Source: Candidatus Poribacteria bacterium
Lineage (GTDB): Bacteria; Poribacteria; WGA-4E; JAJDTR01
Assembly (NCBI GenBank): GCA_965222225.1
Contig: CBDCTK010000002.1
Span: 4,768,001 to 4,832,000 of the forward strand
Reading direction: 5' to 3'
DNA length: 64,000 bases
The notes under the pieces are model-generated. The model saw only the letters and a list, made by a program, of their open reading frames with translations. It was not told where the DNA came from and searched no databases. Positions 20,883 to 30,302 of this stretch are shown here, one piece after another. Every line of letters starts with the position of its first letter. Within the stretch, counting starts at the first letter, position 1. The position numbers were made by a program, and so were the translations under genes.

Positions 20883-21419
20883 TTATCCAAAGGGCAAAAT
20901 CGCGCTAGTGGCATATCGCCAACCGCGGATTATTGAATCCGCGCGTGTTGACCATCGGTCATCCAGCACCGCACTCTTCTTGTCTTTTCCACCCGAAACT
21001 TTCAAAAAATTGCCCTTCCGATAGTTTTCGAGCGCCTGCCTAACATAAGGCACCATATTGACGGGTAACTCGTGGAAAGAATGCCAGGATAAATCATCAC
21101 ATTTGTCCGGCTCTGCGTTGACAATGCTTCCGTTCCATCTGGAGGCGGCAAGAAAGAAATCCATCCGTTCATCCTCTCCAATCCTGTGCATAACCCCGAC
21201 TACTTCGATGTCCGAGGGCTGAATTTCAATTCCCGCCTCTTCCTTCGCTTCTCGGATTGCCGCTGCCTTCACCTCCTCGTTACCGTCGATGTGACCGGCA
21301 ATCACGCTGTAATTCCCATCCTCATAACCGGTGTTAAAACGTCTCAAGAGCAGGACTTCATCCTCGTTGTTCGTAAGAAAAATATGCACCGTTGCAATCA
21401 ACTTGAATTTGTCAGGCAT
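20883..21419 (-). CDS. NUDIX hydrolase, probable frameshift near the C-terminus
   Basis: Nudix box GHIDGNEEVKAAAIREAKEEAG, NAEPDKC. Adding one base in the A-run near 21004-21009 would restore a typical ...FESFGW end. Confidence 0.85.
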   Translation of the reverse strand: MPDKFKLIATVHIFLTNNEDEVLLLRRFNTGYEDGNYSVIAGHIDGNEEVKAAAIREAKEEAGIEIQPSDIEVVGVMHRIGEDERMDFFLAASRWNGSIVNAEPDKCDDLSWHSFHELPVNMVPYVRQALENYRKGNFLKVSGGKDKKSAVLDDRWSTRADSIIRGWRYATSAILPFG

Positions 21420-21583
21420 CTTTGCGCCTCATAGACAAAGCACTTAATCAGGAAACGCGAATGGTGTAACACCTCGGCACATGCGTGCAACTCATCGCTC
21501 GTCAACCACCGCTCCCGTCGTTGCCATCCAACGTATTCACCGCCTGCCCTATGTAACGGTTGAACGCAGGACAACAATTCAAC

Positions 21584-21889
21584 TTATTTAGGCAATTTCT
21601 CCATCTGAAGGTGCATAGGATCGTCATTGACGACGACAAATCCCAGCCTCTTGTAGAAGGCAATGGCACGGGCGTTAATCTTTAGCACCCGAAGCATCAC
21701 GGGCTTTTGTTCTAGGTTAGCATTGTTGGCAATCCGTGTCATGCACGCTGATCCAATTCCTCTGCCTTGGTATTCGGGAAGGATGAACAACTGATGCAGC
21801 TTAACCGCCTCGGAAGTGCTAGACGTTGCAAAGAAACCAACGTCGGTGCCACAATACTCGATAATGCGGAAATCGTGTGAAGCAAACCT
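21584..21889 (-). pseudogene. 5'-truncated GNAT acetyltransferase
   Basis: ...LHQLFILPEYQGRGIG...LRVLKINARAIAFYKRLGF; no N-terminal half or start codon. Confidence 0.7.
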
Positions 21890-21979
21890 GGCGTTCTGTT
21901 ACCTTCAAACACCGCTTCAGATGAATTTTTTTTCTTGGTTGCTCAAGTCATGTTAAACGTCCGTGCGGATATGTTCTTT

Positions 21980-22324
21980 CTAAGGCATCTGAGTAAATGA
22001 AATCACGTGGGAATCGAAAAAACGTCCTTGGAATTCGGTCAACGCCCTAATCTTGTCTGCTCCATACCGGTCTACATACCGTGAGACAACCAATTTATTC
22101 TCGTTGTCATCATTGCGGAGGATGATTCCAATGACAACCCCTTCGTAGGAGTCGAGAGGCTCAAATTCCCCTAAAACGTAGGCATCAATCTCCTCTCCAT
22201 CCTCGGCGAGGGTACTGGGAATATACCCGTAGTTGACAGGATAGATGAATCCGTGTTCAGGATGCCTAGACCCCATAGGTCTGTCAATTATCACTTTTAC
22301 TTTGGAATTAGCACGATCCCACAT
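21980..22324 (-). CDS. Short inorganic pyrophosphatase-family protein
   Basis: IDRPMGSRHP..FIYPVNYGYIP...DGEEIDAYVL...DDNENKL. Confidence 0.8.
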   Translation of the reverse strand: MWDRANSKVKVIIDRPMGSRHPEHGFIYPVNYGYIPSTLAEDGEEIDAYVLGEFEPLDSYEGVVIGIILRNDDNENKLVVSRYVDRYGADKIRALTEFQGRFFDSHVISFTQMP

Positions 22325-22421
22325 TGTGTATTATAATTACCAAACAACCTCTGTCAGTTGTGCGCCCGCACATGCGGAAGTCGAAACGTGTGAACGAAGC
22401 GCGGCGATAACCTCACTATTA

Positions 22422-23129
22422 TTAGCTGTGCAGTCTCCTGAGTTCGGGGTTTAGGCGAAATCCTTCTTCGCGCCTTCGCCCCACTTCTTCCCAAGTAGTG
22501 TCACACTCGACAAAACGTATCAAGACATCCTTTGCCCTGGAAAGAATGGGTTTCCCGTGACCGAAACATAAAGCATCGAACTCAAAATGTAGAAGACTCT
22601 TGAGGGAGAAGCGTGCTTTGGCGAGGTCTACAAGGTATGCCGGATCTTTGAATCCTAACTCCCCATCAGGAATACCGCAATCCTTCCTTCCGCCACTCAT
22701 AAGGTCCCCGACGATTAAAACACCATCCGGTATCAGATAAAAACTGACCTCCTCACGATGCCGAACATTTGGTACACGAACCGCCTCAATGAGATTCCAA
22801 AGCACATCGCTATCTTGAAATGTACCTGCGAACTCTATTTCGGCGCCCTGCATATGCTTCTCATAGAGCAGAACCTCACAACCCCATTTCTGCCTGAGTT
22901 GTGCAGAATTCCTCTCGTGATAGTCACAGGTCAATATTGTATGGGTCGGGACACCGAGCGCTTCCATTTGCTTGACCTCAGCATCTGAAAGAGGAAGGGG
23001 ATCAATCAAGGCTCTCACTTGTGACTGATCATCATGAACCAAGAAGCTGTTCCAAGGATAGGATTGATTTCGGGAAGCGCCGTGTATCTCGCTCCACGTA
23101 AGTAGATGAGGGGTCAATCGAAGCAACAT
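22422..23129 (-). CDS. MBL-fold hydrolase-like protein
   Basis: ALIDP, ILTCDYHER, LIVGD, LCFGHG; metal motif degenerate. Confidence 0.65.
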   Translation of the reverse strand: MLLRLTPHLLTWSEIHGASRNQSYPWNSFLVHDDQSQVRALIDPLPLSDAEVKQMEALGVPTHTILTCDYHERNSAQLRQKWGCEVLLYEKHMQGAEIEFAGTFQDSDVLWNLIEAVRVPNVRHREEVSFYLIPDGVLIVGDLMSGGRKDCGIPDGELGFKDPAYLVDLAKARFSLKSLLHFEFDALCFGHGKPILSRAKDVLIRFVECDTTWEEVGRRREEGFRLNPELRRLHS

Positions 23130-23269
23130 GATGGTCGCTCAAAGAAGAGAATCTGCCGGTCTTTTGCAAACAGTCTTCCTGCATTATGACTATTGCTTTC
23201 AAGCTAACGAATGCCAAGCGGCATGAAATGGAAGAACAACAAAAATCGTACTGGTGCATGAAGCGGTTT

Positions 23270-23768
23270 ATCAGGCTGTTGCGGTTTTCCCCTGTTTCAC
23301 GCGCTTCGAAATCCCAATCTCTTCTGGACATCCGGGGTTGTCTGTTTTCGATCGCTTTTACACGCTGAATCCGCGCTTCCGATAGAAACGCCTCGTTGAG
23401 TTGTAGGGTTCGTAGTCCACACTGTCCCCGAGTGTATAAGTTGCAAGTTCATCTATTCCCAAATCTCGCGCTTTCATTTCCGCGGCTGCTAGAAGCCTAG
23501 TGCCAATTCCCGGCTTATGAAATTTCCTGGCAACCCTAAGCCACCCGATGTGAAGCCGCCCCTCTGCCACGTACAGTGTCAAGAATCCCACCACCTTTTG
23601 GCCAGAAACTGAAACAAATCCCTCCTGATGACGTATGTCAACAGGGATTGATTTAGCCCTCGCAGTCTCGTCAAACCATTCAGGTAGGCTTTCCGCAACT
23701 GCGAGAATTCCAGGATGATGTTTCTCTTCCAAGGGTAGGATTTGGGTCAAGTTCGGTTGGTCTTGCAT
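23270..23768 (-). pseudogene. GNAT acetyltransferase with premature TAA
   Basis: LPEWF, GIGTRLL, YNSTRRFYRKRGF; TAA at 23358-23360, then the frame continues KRSKTDNPGCPEEI... Confidence 0.7.
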
Positions 23769-23926
23769 ATAGTCAAATTCATCTTGGGTGGTGAAATAAT
23801 GGTTATATTAATCCAGTATTTCAAATTACCAATCTGATGAACTAGGTTTCCTGAAGGGGCGACGCACAAATGTCGCGCAACGGCAACTGTCGATAGCGAT
23901 CGTTGCTGCCATCAACGGGAATTGCC

Positions 23927-24487
23927 TCAACTGCACTCTTTAGGATGATTGGCAAGCCACTCCCGCTTCGTCAGTTGAAATCCGCGGAACGGTTCATCCT
24001 TGAACTTGGGAATATCAGAGACATATTCACCGGTTTCCCGAAACCCGTTTTTTTCAAGCACACGCGCTGATGCGGGGTTTCGCCTCAGGCAATTCGATCG
24101 AACGATATCCATTCCGAGTTCGCAAAATGCGTAACGGAGCGCGAGCGCAACGGCATTGGTAGTAATTCCCTTGCCCCAGTGGGACACGGCAATTGCATAA
24201 CCACATTCGAGACTTCGATTTTCACGATCGATTGAACGAAGGTCGAGAGCTCCAATCAGCTCGCTATCAGCAAGGATGGCAAAGTAAAACGCCTCCCTAT
24301 TTGCATGCGCTTCAACTGCCTCCTTGACAAAGGCCTCACCGCCATCTGGGGGATAGGGTTGGGGGATTGTCGTCATGCGAGCCACGCGTTCATCCGACGC
24401 GTAGCGTTGTACTGCTTCGGCATCGCCAAGCTGCAATGGACGTATTGTAACCTCTGGTTTAGTTATCATGATTTGTGCATCGTGCAC
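23927..24487 (-). CDS. RimJ/RimL-type GNAT acetyltransferase
   Basis: IPQPYP, ECGYAIAVSHWGKGITT, NPASARVLEKNGF. Confidence 0.9.
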   Translation of the reverse strand: MHDAQIMITKPEVTIRPLQLGDAEAVQRYASDERVARMTTIPQPYPPDGGEAFVKEAVEAHANREAFYFAILADSELIGALDLRSIDRENRSLECGYAIAVSHWGKGITTNAVALALRYAFCELGMDIVRSNCLRRNPASARVLEKNGFRETGEYVSDIPKFKDEPFRGFQLTKREWLANHPKECS

Positions 24488-24519
24488 CTAGAGATACTCT
24501 TGGCACTTACCTAGGACGG

Positions 24520-25123
24520 TAATCTTCCTTCTTTACCATGTATTTCGTCTGTACAAATCCAAAGTCGAAAACGGTCGTACGCATGTGGACCAAGCTAATG
24601 CTTTTCTCTAAAGAGCCGAAGAGCGGTGTCCCGCCCCCAAGGATAATGGGGATTATCGTCCCCGGGATTTCATCGACCAAACCCACGGAAAGACACCGTT
24701 GAATTGTAATTCCGCCATCAACGTATACACGCTCCGCCCCTTCATCTGGGAGCCTTTTTCGAGGAGATCCTGTGGTGCGTCCGATGAATGCGTGACAGTT
24801 TTCAGCACATTTGGCGGTAGAGAGATCGCGTTACGACTCGGAACAACAACTGGCTTCCCCTCATGAGGCGATTCACCGAAGGACAATACCGTTTCATAGG
24901 TTTTTCTACCCATGATGATTGTGTCGACCGAGCCCAAGAACGTCTTGAAGCCGCAATCTTAGTCAGTCGGAATGACAGCGTTTGATGGAATCTCTATCGC
25001 AATCGCTATTCGCTCATTTGATCTATCCACTCGCTTAATCGTCAACCAGTCGAGGTCGCCGTCTTTCCCAGGGATGAACCCATCCAAACTAGTTGCGATG
25101 TAGGCGAATACTCTGACGGGCAT
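24520..25123 (-). pseudogene. Dihydrofolate reductase/RibD C-terminal family pseudogene with a 54-nt insertion
   Basis: From ATG 25123: MPVRVFAYIATSLDGFI..DGDLDWL, then the insert, an in-frame TAA, SVDTIIMGRKTYE and later frameshifts (YVDGG and PIILGGGTPLF remnants). 3' end approximate. Confidence 0.8.
24987..25040 (-). repeat. Full 37-nt unit (24987-25023) plus a 17-nt partial unit (25024-25040) inserted in the DHFR-like gene
   Basis: Minus strand reads gattaagcgagtggata + gatcaaatgagcgaatagcgattgcgatagagattcc. Confidence 0.9.
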
Positions 25124-25300
25124 TTGATTCGATTTCAACCTCGAAGCTTCAAATTAAGCAAGTTTCAATATAAAAAGTTTACGGAATTAGTAGCTTGTAG
25201 CTTTTAGACTGACGACAAACATAAAACTTGGTACCCTGTCGTAAATCTTTTCGTCACACGTAGATGTCCATAGTGACTATTCTTCTCGTAGGAGTTTGCT

Positions 25301-26155
25301 ATGGACATTTTGAATCTTATGAAAGAGTTTCCAAATCAAGAATCTTGTCTCAGATTTATAGAGGAAAAACGTTGGAAGGACGGTGTTTGCTGTATCCACT
25401 GTGGCAGTGAAAAAGTTGGACGCAAGAACAAAAACGACATTACTACTGGTTGGAATTGCTACGATTGTGAATCTAGCTTTTCGGCTACAGCAGGAACCAT
25501 CTTCCATGGTACCAAGATACCTCTCCAGAAATGGTTTTTGGCTATCTCAATTCTTTCCAATGCCAAGAAAAGCATATCGAGTTGTCAGCTTGCTCGTGAC
25601 TTGGACATGAATCAAAAGTCCGCTTGGTATATGGCAATGCGCCTCCGTGAGAAAATGAGTGATAGTGATGAATTGCTGAAAGGGATAGTTGAAGCGGACG
25701 AAACCTATGTCGGCGGCAAACCCAGAGCAAAATCTAAGAGAGGTAGAGGCACAAATAAATCTCCCGTCATCGGCGTAGTCGAGAGAGGCGGTCGGGTGGT
25801 TGCTAAATTCATGAAGGTTCTATCTGGTGAAAATATCAGAGAATTCATCCTTAGCAATGTCTCACCCGATGAGTCTATTCTTATGACTGATGAATTTCGC
25901 TCTTACAATAGTCTGGACGAAGATATCGAAAGACATGTTATCCATCACCAAGAGAGATATGTTTCTGAGGACGGCGTAACTCACACCAACACCATCGAGT
26001 CGTTTTGGGCTTGTGTCAAGAGGTCATTCTACGGAACGCATCATCACTACAGCAAGAAGTGGCTGCCACTGTATATCATGGAGTCTTGCTGGAAATATAA
26101 TCGCAGAAAAGATGATGAGATTTTCATAAGATTTTTTGATGAATGCTTCACCTGA
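25301..26155 (+). CDS. IS1595-family DDE transposase
   Basis: Zn ribbon CIHCGS...CYDC, GTIFHGTKIPLQKWF, VEADETYVGG, MTDE, HTNTIESFW. Confidence 0.95.
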   Translation: MDILNLMKEFPNQESCLRFIEEKRWKDGVCCIHCGSEKVGRKNKNDITTGWNCYDCESSFSATAGTIFHGTKIPLQKWFLAISILSNAKKSISSCQLARDLDMNQKSAWYMAMRLREKMSDSDELLKGIVEADETYVGGKPRAKSKRGRGTNKSPVIGVVERGGRVVAKFMKVLSGENIREFILSNVSPDESILMTDEFRSYNSLDEDIERHVIHHQERYVSEDGVTHTNTIESFWACVKRSFYGTHHHYSKKWLPLYIMESCWKYNRRKDDEIFIRFFDECFT

Positions 26156-26173
26156 GCCACATGAATTGTTTGG

Positions 26174-26296
26174 CTATCGGTATATTCTGTCAACGACAAC
26201 ATCATGGTGTGCTGAAAATCCCATAGTGTTGGAAATTAAAATCCCGCAGATAACCCGCAATGCTCCCGCGAGCATGTACAAACGCTTGGTCAACAT
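26174..26296 (-). CDS. Small passenger ORF or remnant inside the IS (40 aa, hydrophobic N-terminus)
   Basis: GGAGG RBS; MLTKRLYMLAGALRVICGILISNTMGFSAHHDVVVDRIYR*. Confidence 0.35.
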   Translation of the reverse strand: MLTKRLYMLAGALRVICGILISNTMGFSAHHDVVVDRIYR

Positions 26297-26732
26297 GATA
26301 TGCCTCCATTTCTCTCTTATAGAGATGTATTTTAGTGTGAATCAAGATTCCGAACACTGTCTAAAATGATTGTACATTAAGAAGAGAAAAGCAAGCAAAT
26401 CGACCAAAAAGCAGTTAACTACTAAGTCCCAAAGTTTATCTTCCGCATCGACTAGGAAGAATGGAAGCAGACCCGTATTGCAAACATGCTGCTCCTCTGG
26501 AGCGAAAGAACGGAAGCCAATAGCTGGATAAGAAGTTGCTTGATTTGTCAATCCAGCAGGAGCGGTCGGTAGCCGGTGCGCTGTGGTCTTTGTCAAAATG
26601 TAAAATTCATCATTGAAAATTGCTTAAGAGTTTTGCGAAAATTGCCCATTAACCGGCACTGTCGCTGTCCACAGTGTCACCTCGAATGGTACTTCTATGT
26701 CCGACCGTGAATCTCCCTCACATTTATAATGG

Positions 26733-27134
26733 TTAAGCAGCCAGCACAGTCAACCAATATACGTACGTAGTATAAGCCAATCCGGATACTGTCATGACGC
26801 ATGCGACAGTTTTCATCACGGGACTTAGCCAACCTGTCTTGGTAAGGTGAAACGCGACGTGATTCAGTAGCAGCATCAACACCACCGCGAGGTTTATGAC
26901 TGTGATGTGTCGGTCAGAAATGTATTGCCGGACATATAAGTGAATAATGACGTTAACACCAAGTAGACAGAGAATTATCGCCAAGAATCCATATTTCCAC
27001 ACAGCCCCAATTAGGTCGGTTATCTTCGTTTCTTTGCCTTTTCGGACGATTTCTCTAACTATCCGATGTTTCCTCTCTTGATCGTCAATCTTGATCTGTA
27101 GTTGCCGTTTTTCTGCCTCGGTGAACTGCCTCAT
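26733..27134 (-). CDS. Hypothetical 3-TM membrane protein, paralog of 27192-27572
   Basis: MRQFTEAEKRQLQ...LLNHVAFHLTKTGW; RBS present. Confidence 0.7.
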   Translation of the reverse strand: MRQFTEAEKRQLQIKIDDQERKHRIVREIVRKGKETKITDLIGAVWKYGFLAIILCLLGVNVIIHLYVRQYISDRHITVINLAVVLMLLLNHVAFHLTKTGWLSPVMKTVACVMTVSGLAYTTYVYWLTVLAA

Positions 27135-27191
27135 GAGAGTCGCTCTCCTCGTATGTGCTGTCCAACAATCAATCGTCCTTGATACACTCCT

Positions 27192-27572
27192 TCACGCTCC
27201 TACCAATGTAACCGTTAGTTTGGTTGCAAATCTGATCCAGACTTGGTAAGCAACATAGGCGAGTACCAAGACTATGGAAACCCATTCAACTGTCTTCAAA
27301 AGGCGTTTCTTCCAACCCTGTTTAGCGAAGTGGGTTGCAATATGATCGAGTAGAGCCAACAGTGTAATTACGAGGATGTAGAATTGTTCATGCACAAAAC
27401 TTCGAAAAAACAGGAGGATAATCACGTTGAATGCGACTGCGAAAAGAATAAATGCCAAAGGCCAATATTTCGCGTTAGGTGATTCGCTTTCAGATCCCCT
27501 AAGTCGCCGTTCTTGTTGGTCTCTTATCTTGGATTGGAGTTGCTGTTTTTCAGCCTCGGTGAACTCGCGCAT
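27192..27572 (-). CDS. Hypothetical 3-TM membrane protein, paralog of 26733-27134
   Basis: MREFTEAEKQQLQ...LLDHIATHFAKQGW. Confidence 0.7.
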   Translation of the reverse strand: MREFTEAEKQQLQSKIRDQQERRLRGSESESPNAKYWPLAFILFAVAFNVIILLFFRSFVHEQFYILVITLLALLDHIATHFAKQGWKKRLLKTVEWVSIVLVLAYVAYQVWIRFATKLTVTLVGA

Positions 27573-27709
27573 GAGGACTCAGCCTCTCTCATACTGTAGT
27601 CACGGATTGACGGAAGATGAAAAATGCCATGCCCCTGCGTTCTAACGGGCCTAATTGACCACTAACAGTATACGCATTCGATAGTGTCAGGTGCGAAAGT
27701 CCCGTAAGT

Positions 27710-28813
27710 CTACTCCGTAGAGTAATATTTATCCAAAGCGGCTAGATTCACCAACTCCTGTTTAAGAATTAACACATCTGCAAATCTCTGAGGAGCGGCT
27801 CCATGCCGTTTGATTGGCTTAAAAATGTGAATTTTGGAAACTCTAGAATTGCCATCGTAATCAAAATGAATACCCTCATTCCAGTACCAATGTGCCTCGC
27901 CATTTTCTTTAATCTCTTCGGCCGTCCCAAATTCTTCTTCCACACGTTCGCGGGCGCTTCCCACACCGATACGCCCCGCGGTTTTTGCTTTATTGGGCTT
28001 CCTGATAAACAGACTCTCGACAAGATCGATACCATCGACGAAACCAGATATACCAATATCAGGTTCCCAATAAGCAAAAAAGGATTCATCACGATTGCTC
28101 GGTTTCCCATACATCGCTTTAACTTTGACAAAAGAATCTCCCAACTTAATGCCAGCGGCTTGTTTTCCCTCCACAATCAAGGAGTGAATAACCCTGACAG
28201 TTATCGATTTGGCGGCGGGTTCGTTTATGCCATCGCTAATGTGTAGCGTGACTGTAATTGAACCCATCTCAATCGGGACAGTCCATGTCGGCGTGTGTGT
28301 TGTCTCCGAACTGAGCACGCCCGCCTCCACGTCCCAGTTGTAAGTCAGCGTATCCCCATCAGCATCATTAGTCTTGGCTTGAAGTTGTAGACTGCTACCC
28401 GCATGAACACTCTCCGGAATAACGATTTCCGTGACAACAGGCGCAGAATTTTGGAGGTTGATGGGGATTTTTCTTGATTTGACAGTCGGTTTGTTCACAC
28501 CATCATTGACAGAGACTTTCACGATTGCCCATTTTGCGTCTGAAGGGACGGTCCAGTTCACGGTGCGCTCTGTCCTTGTGTCAAGTTATCCATTTTCTAC
28601 TTCCCACACATAGTTCAAAATATCGCCATCTATGTCTCGTGCCAAAACTTGCAATTCGACGCTATCACCTGGGTTGACCATTTCCGGAACAATTAGATAA
28701 TCAATAACGGGAGGGCTATTGCCGCGTCCATCTAGACTCTCGCCATCTCCACATCCAATAATTACGGTTAACAGGCAAAACAATAATATCCATCGTATGA
28801 CAGTTTGCTTCAT
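27710..28813 (-). pseudogene. PKD/Ig-like repeat lipoprotein with an in-frame TAA
   Basis: Lipobox IIGC; two NSxP...DxDGDxLxYxW repeats. The ORF-track pieces 28586-28813 and 27710-28561 share one frame and are split by a single TAA at 28586-28588. Confidence 0.8.
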
Positions 28814-29012
28814 TGTGCCAGTTCCTCCAGAGAAAGAAGTCTGTTAAAACAACAAGAATCAAACCGCGGGCAAAACCCTTCTAACCGGGGTTAGCGAAAA
28901 CCATCAAGCACAGTGTTCACAATTTTTTTAAGTGAATTGACAGATAGGAATATGGGAGAGGTTTATGAACGAACGCCGCAACTGAAAACCGACAATCAAA
29001 CGGGACGGTTGG

Positions 29013-29735
29013 TCAGAAAATCCTTGGATAGAGTGAGATACCACTTGCTACGACTGTCGTGAGAATCCCCACCGCCGCGAGCAGATACAATGCAAACGGA
29101 ATCATACTTGGACGCACAGATGCGGCGTGAAAATACTGGTTCATCCCATCGCTGATTTCTGTTAGCAAGGGATAATGCTCGTCTTGCTTGACTGCGATAT
29201 GGACTGCCCCTATCCTCATAGATATTTGCAGGTCGGCTTCAACAGATGTCAACTTTATGTGTCTTTTTGAGAGAAAGGATGTAGGCCTTCTAATCGAAAA
29301 GGGCTCTTCGTAAGACAACTGCAACTCTTCGAGCGTTGCTATTAGCGCTTCACGGAATGGCGCGTATGTCGCGCCGAATGCCGTGTAACCCTTCATCCAT
29401 ACAATCAGAAGGCTACACACGGCTATCACAAGGCTACACACGGATAAAGGAAGGGAGGATTGACTCGTGGATAAGCCTGGAGGAAAGCAGGTTATATAGA
29501 AACAATAAATAACAGCCGCAAAGAGCAAGGGAATGCAAATAGCGAGTAATGCTGGACCAAACCACCCCATCGAAATTAGGAAAGGCCGCCGCGTTTTGAA
29601 TCCTCGAATCGCAACCACAAGGATGGGAACTGCCACGATTCCAAGTAGAAAAAGGAGCAACACAAAAGAGAATAAATATGGTTTCACGATTCTGTTCCTC
29701 TTATCGTTCCGACCCGATGAGGTTAGGTTGTCCAC
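29013..29735 (-). CDS. Hypothetical membrane protein
   Basis: About four hydrophobic segments; true start may be GTG near 29687. Confidence 0.6.
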   Translation of the reverse strand: MDNLTSSGRNDKRNRIVKPYLFSFVLLLFLLGIVAVPILVVAIRGFKTRRPFLISMGWFGPALLAICIPLLFAAVIYCFYITCFPPGLSTSQSSLPLSVCSLVIAVCSLLIVWMKGYTAFGATYAPFREALIATLEELQLSYEEPFSIRRPTSFLSKRHIKLTSVEADLQISMRIGAVHIAVKQDEHYPLLTEISDGMNQYFHAASVRPSMIPFALYLLAAVGILTTVVASGISLYPRIF

Positions 29736-29916
29736 AATGCACGGTCGAGTCGAGAAATTTGAGGTGTTGGACGTACGCCTTTCTCTGGCATGTGTCCAAC
29801 CCCCAAGACCTCGATTCCTCAGGCGTCAACCACATAATTCACGTGGAGATACTTTATCGACGCGAGCAATCGTCGGAGTGGCACACCTACGAATGCTCGC
29901 ATCTCCCTAACAGGTT

Positions 29917-30258
29917 TTAATTCTCCACCGTAGCATCGAACCCAGCATCTGTAACGGCAGCCGCCAATGTGTCAGCGGCAACTTTTCCGGACTCAACCTT
30001 TACGACGGCTTTGTTCGGAAGCGAAACAGCCGCATCGGTAACGCCAGCAATTTCAGAAAGTACAGCCTGCACTTTCGAAACGCACGCGCCTCACGTCATG
30101 TTCGATACGGACAACGTAATCTCCTCCACTGCGGTAACCGGTGATTGTTGTGTTTGAGGAGTTTCGGTTTTCTCAGTGCTCGCTTTCTTTTCCGACTGAC
30201 ATCCAAGTACCACAACAATCGTGAAAATGCAGCCCAACAGCACTCTCGTGATACGCAT
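29917..30258 (-). CDS. Selenocysteine-containing HMA (CopZ/MerP-like) lipoprotein, 113 aa, Sec56
   Basis: RBS GGAGGTGG; MRITRVLLGCIFTIVVVLGC...ITLSVSNMT-TGA-GACVSKVQAVLSEIAGV...AVTDAGFDATVEN*. TGA at 30091-30093 replaces the first Cys of MTCxxC. Confidence 0.88.
30056..30076 (-). promoter_or_regulatory. Bacterial SECIS-like hairpin of the downstream HMA gene
   Basis: mRNA GAAAGUGCA-GGC-UGUACUUUC; the loop begins 23 nt after the UGA. Confidence 0.75.
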
Positions 30259-30302
30259 TTATTTCCACCTCCTTTCGAAAAGAATCAAATTTGACACCTA
30301 AA

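Larger units (their letters stand above)
25182..26430 (+). mobile_element. Complete IS1595-family insertion sequence
   Basis: Imperfect TIRs cGGAATTAGTAGCTTGTAGCTTTT and AAAAGCAGTTAACTACTAAGTCCc; 8-bp target duplication AAAGTTTA at 25174-25181 and 26431-26438. Confidence 0.9.

Noticed and set aside
29755-29815. Imperfect inverted repeat gaggtgttggac...gtccaacccc downstream of the HMA genes
   Set aside because: Single copy with a large loop; cannot distinguish an element remnant from chance.
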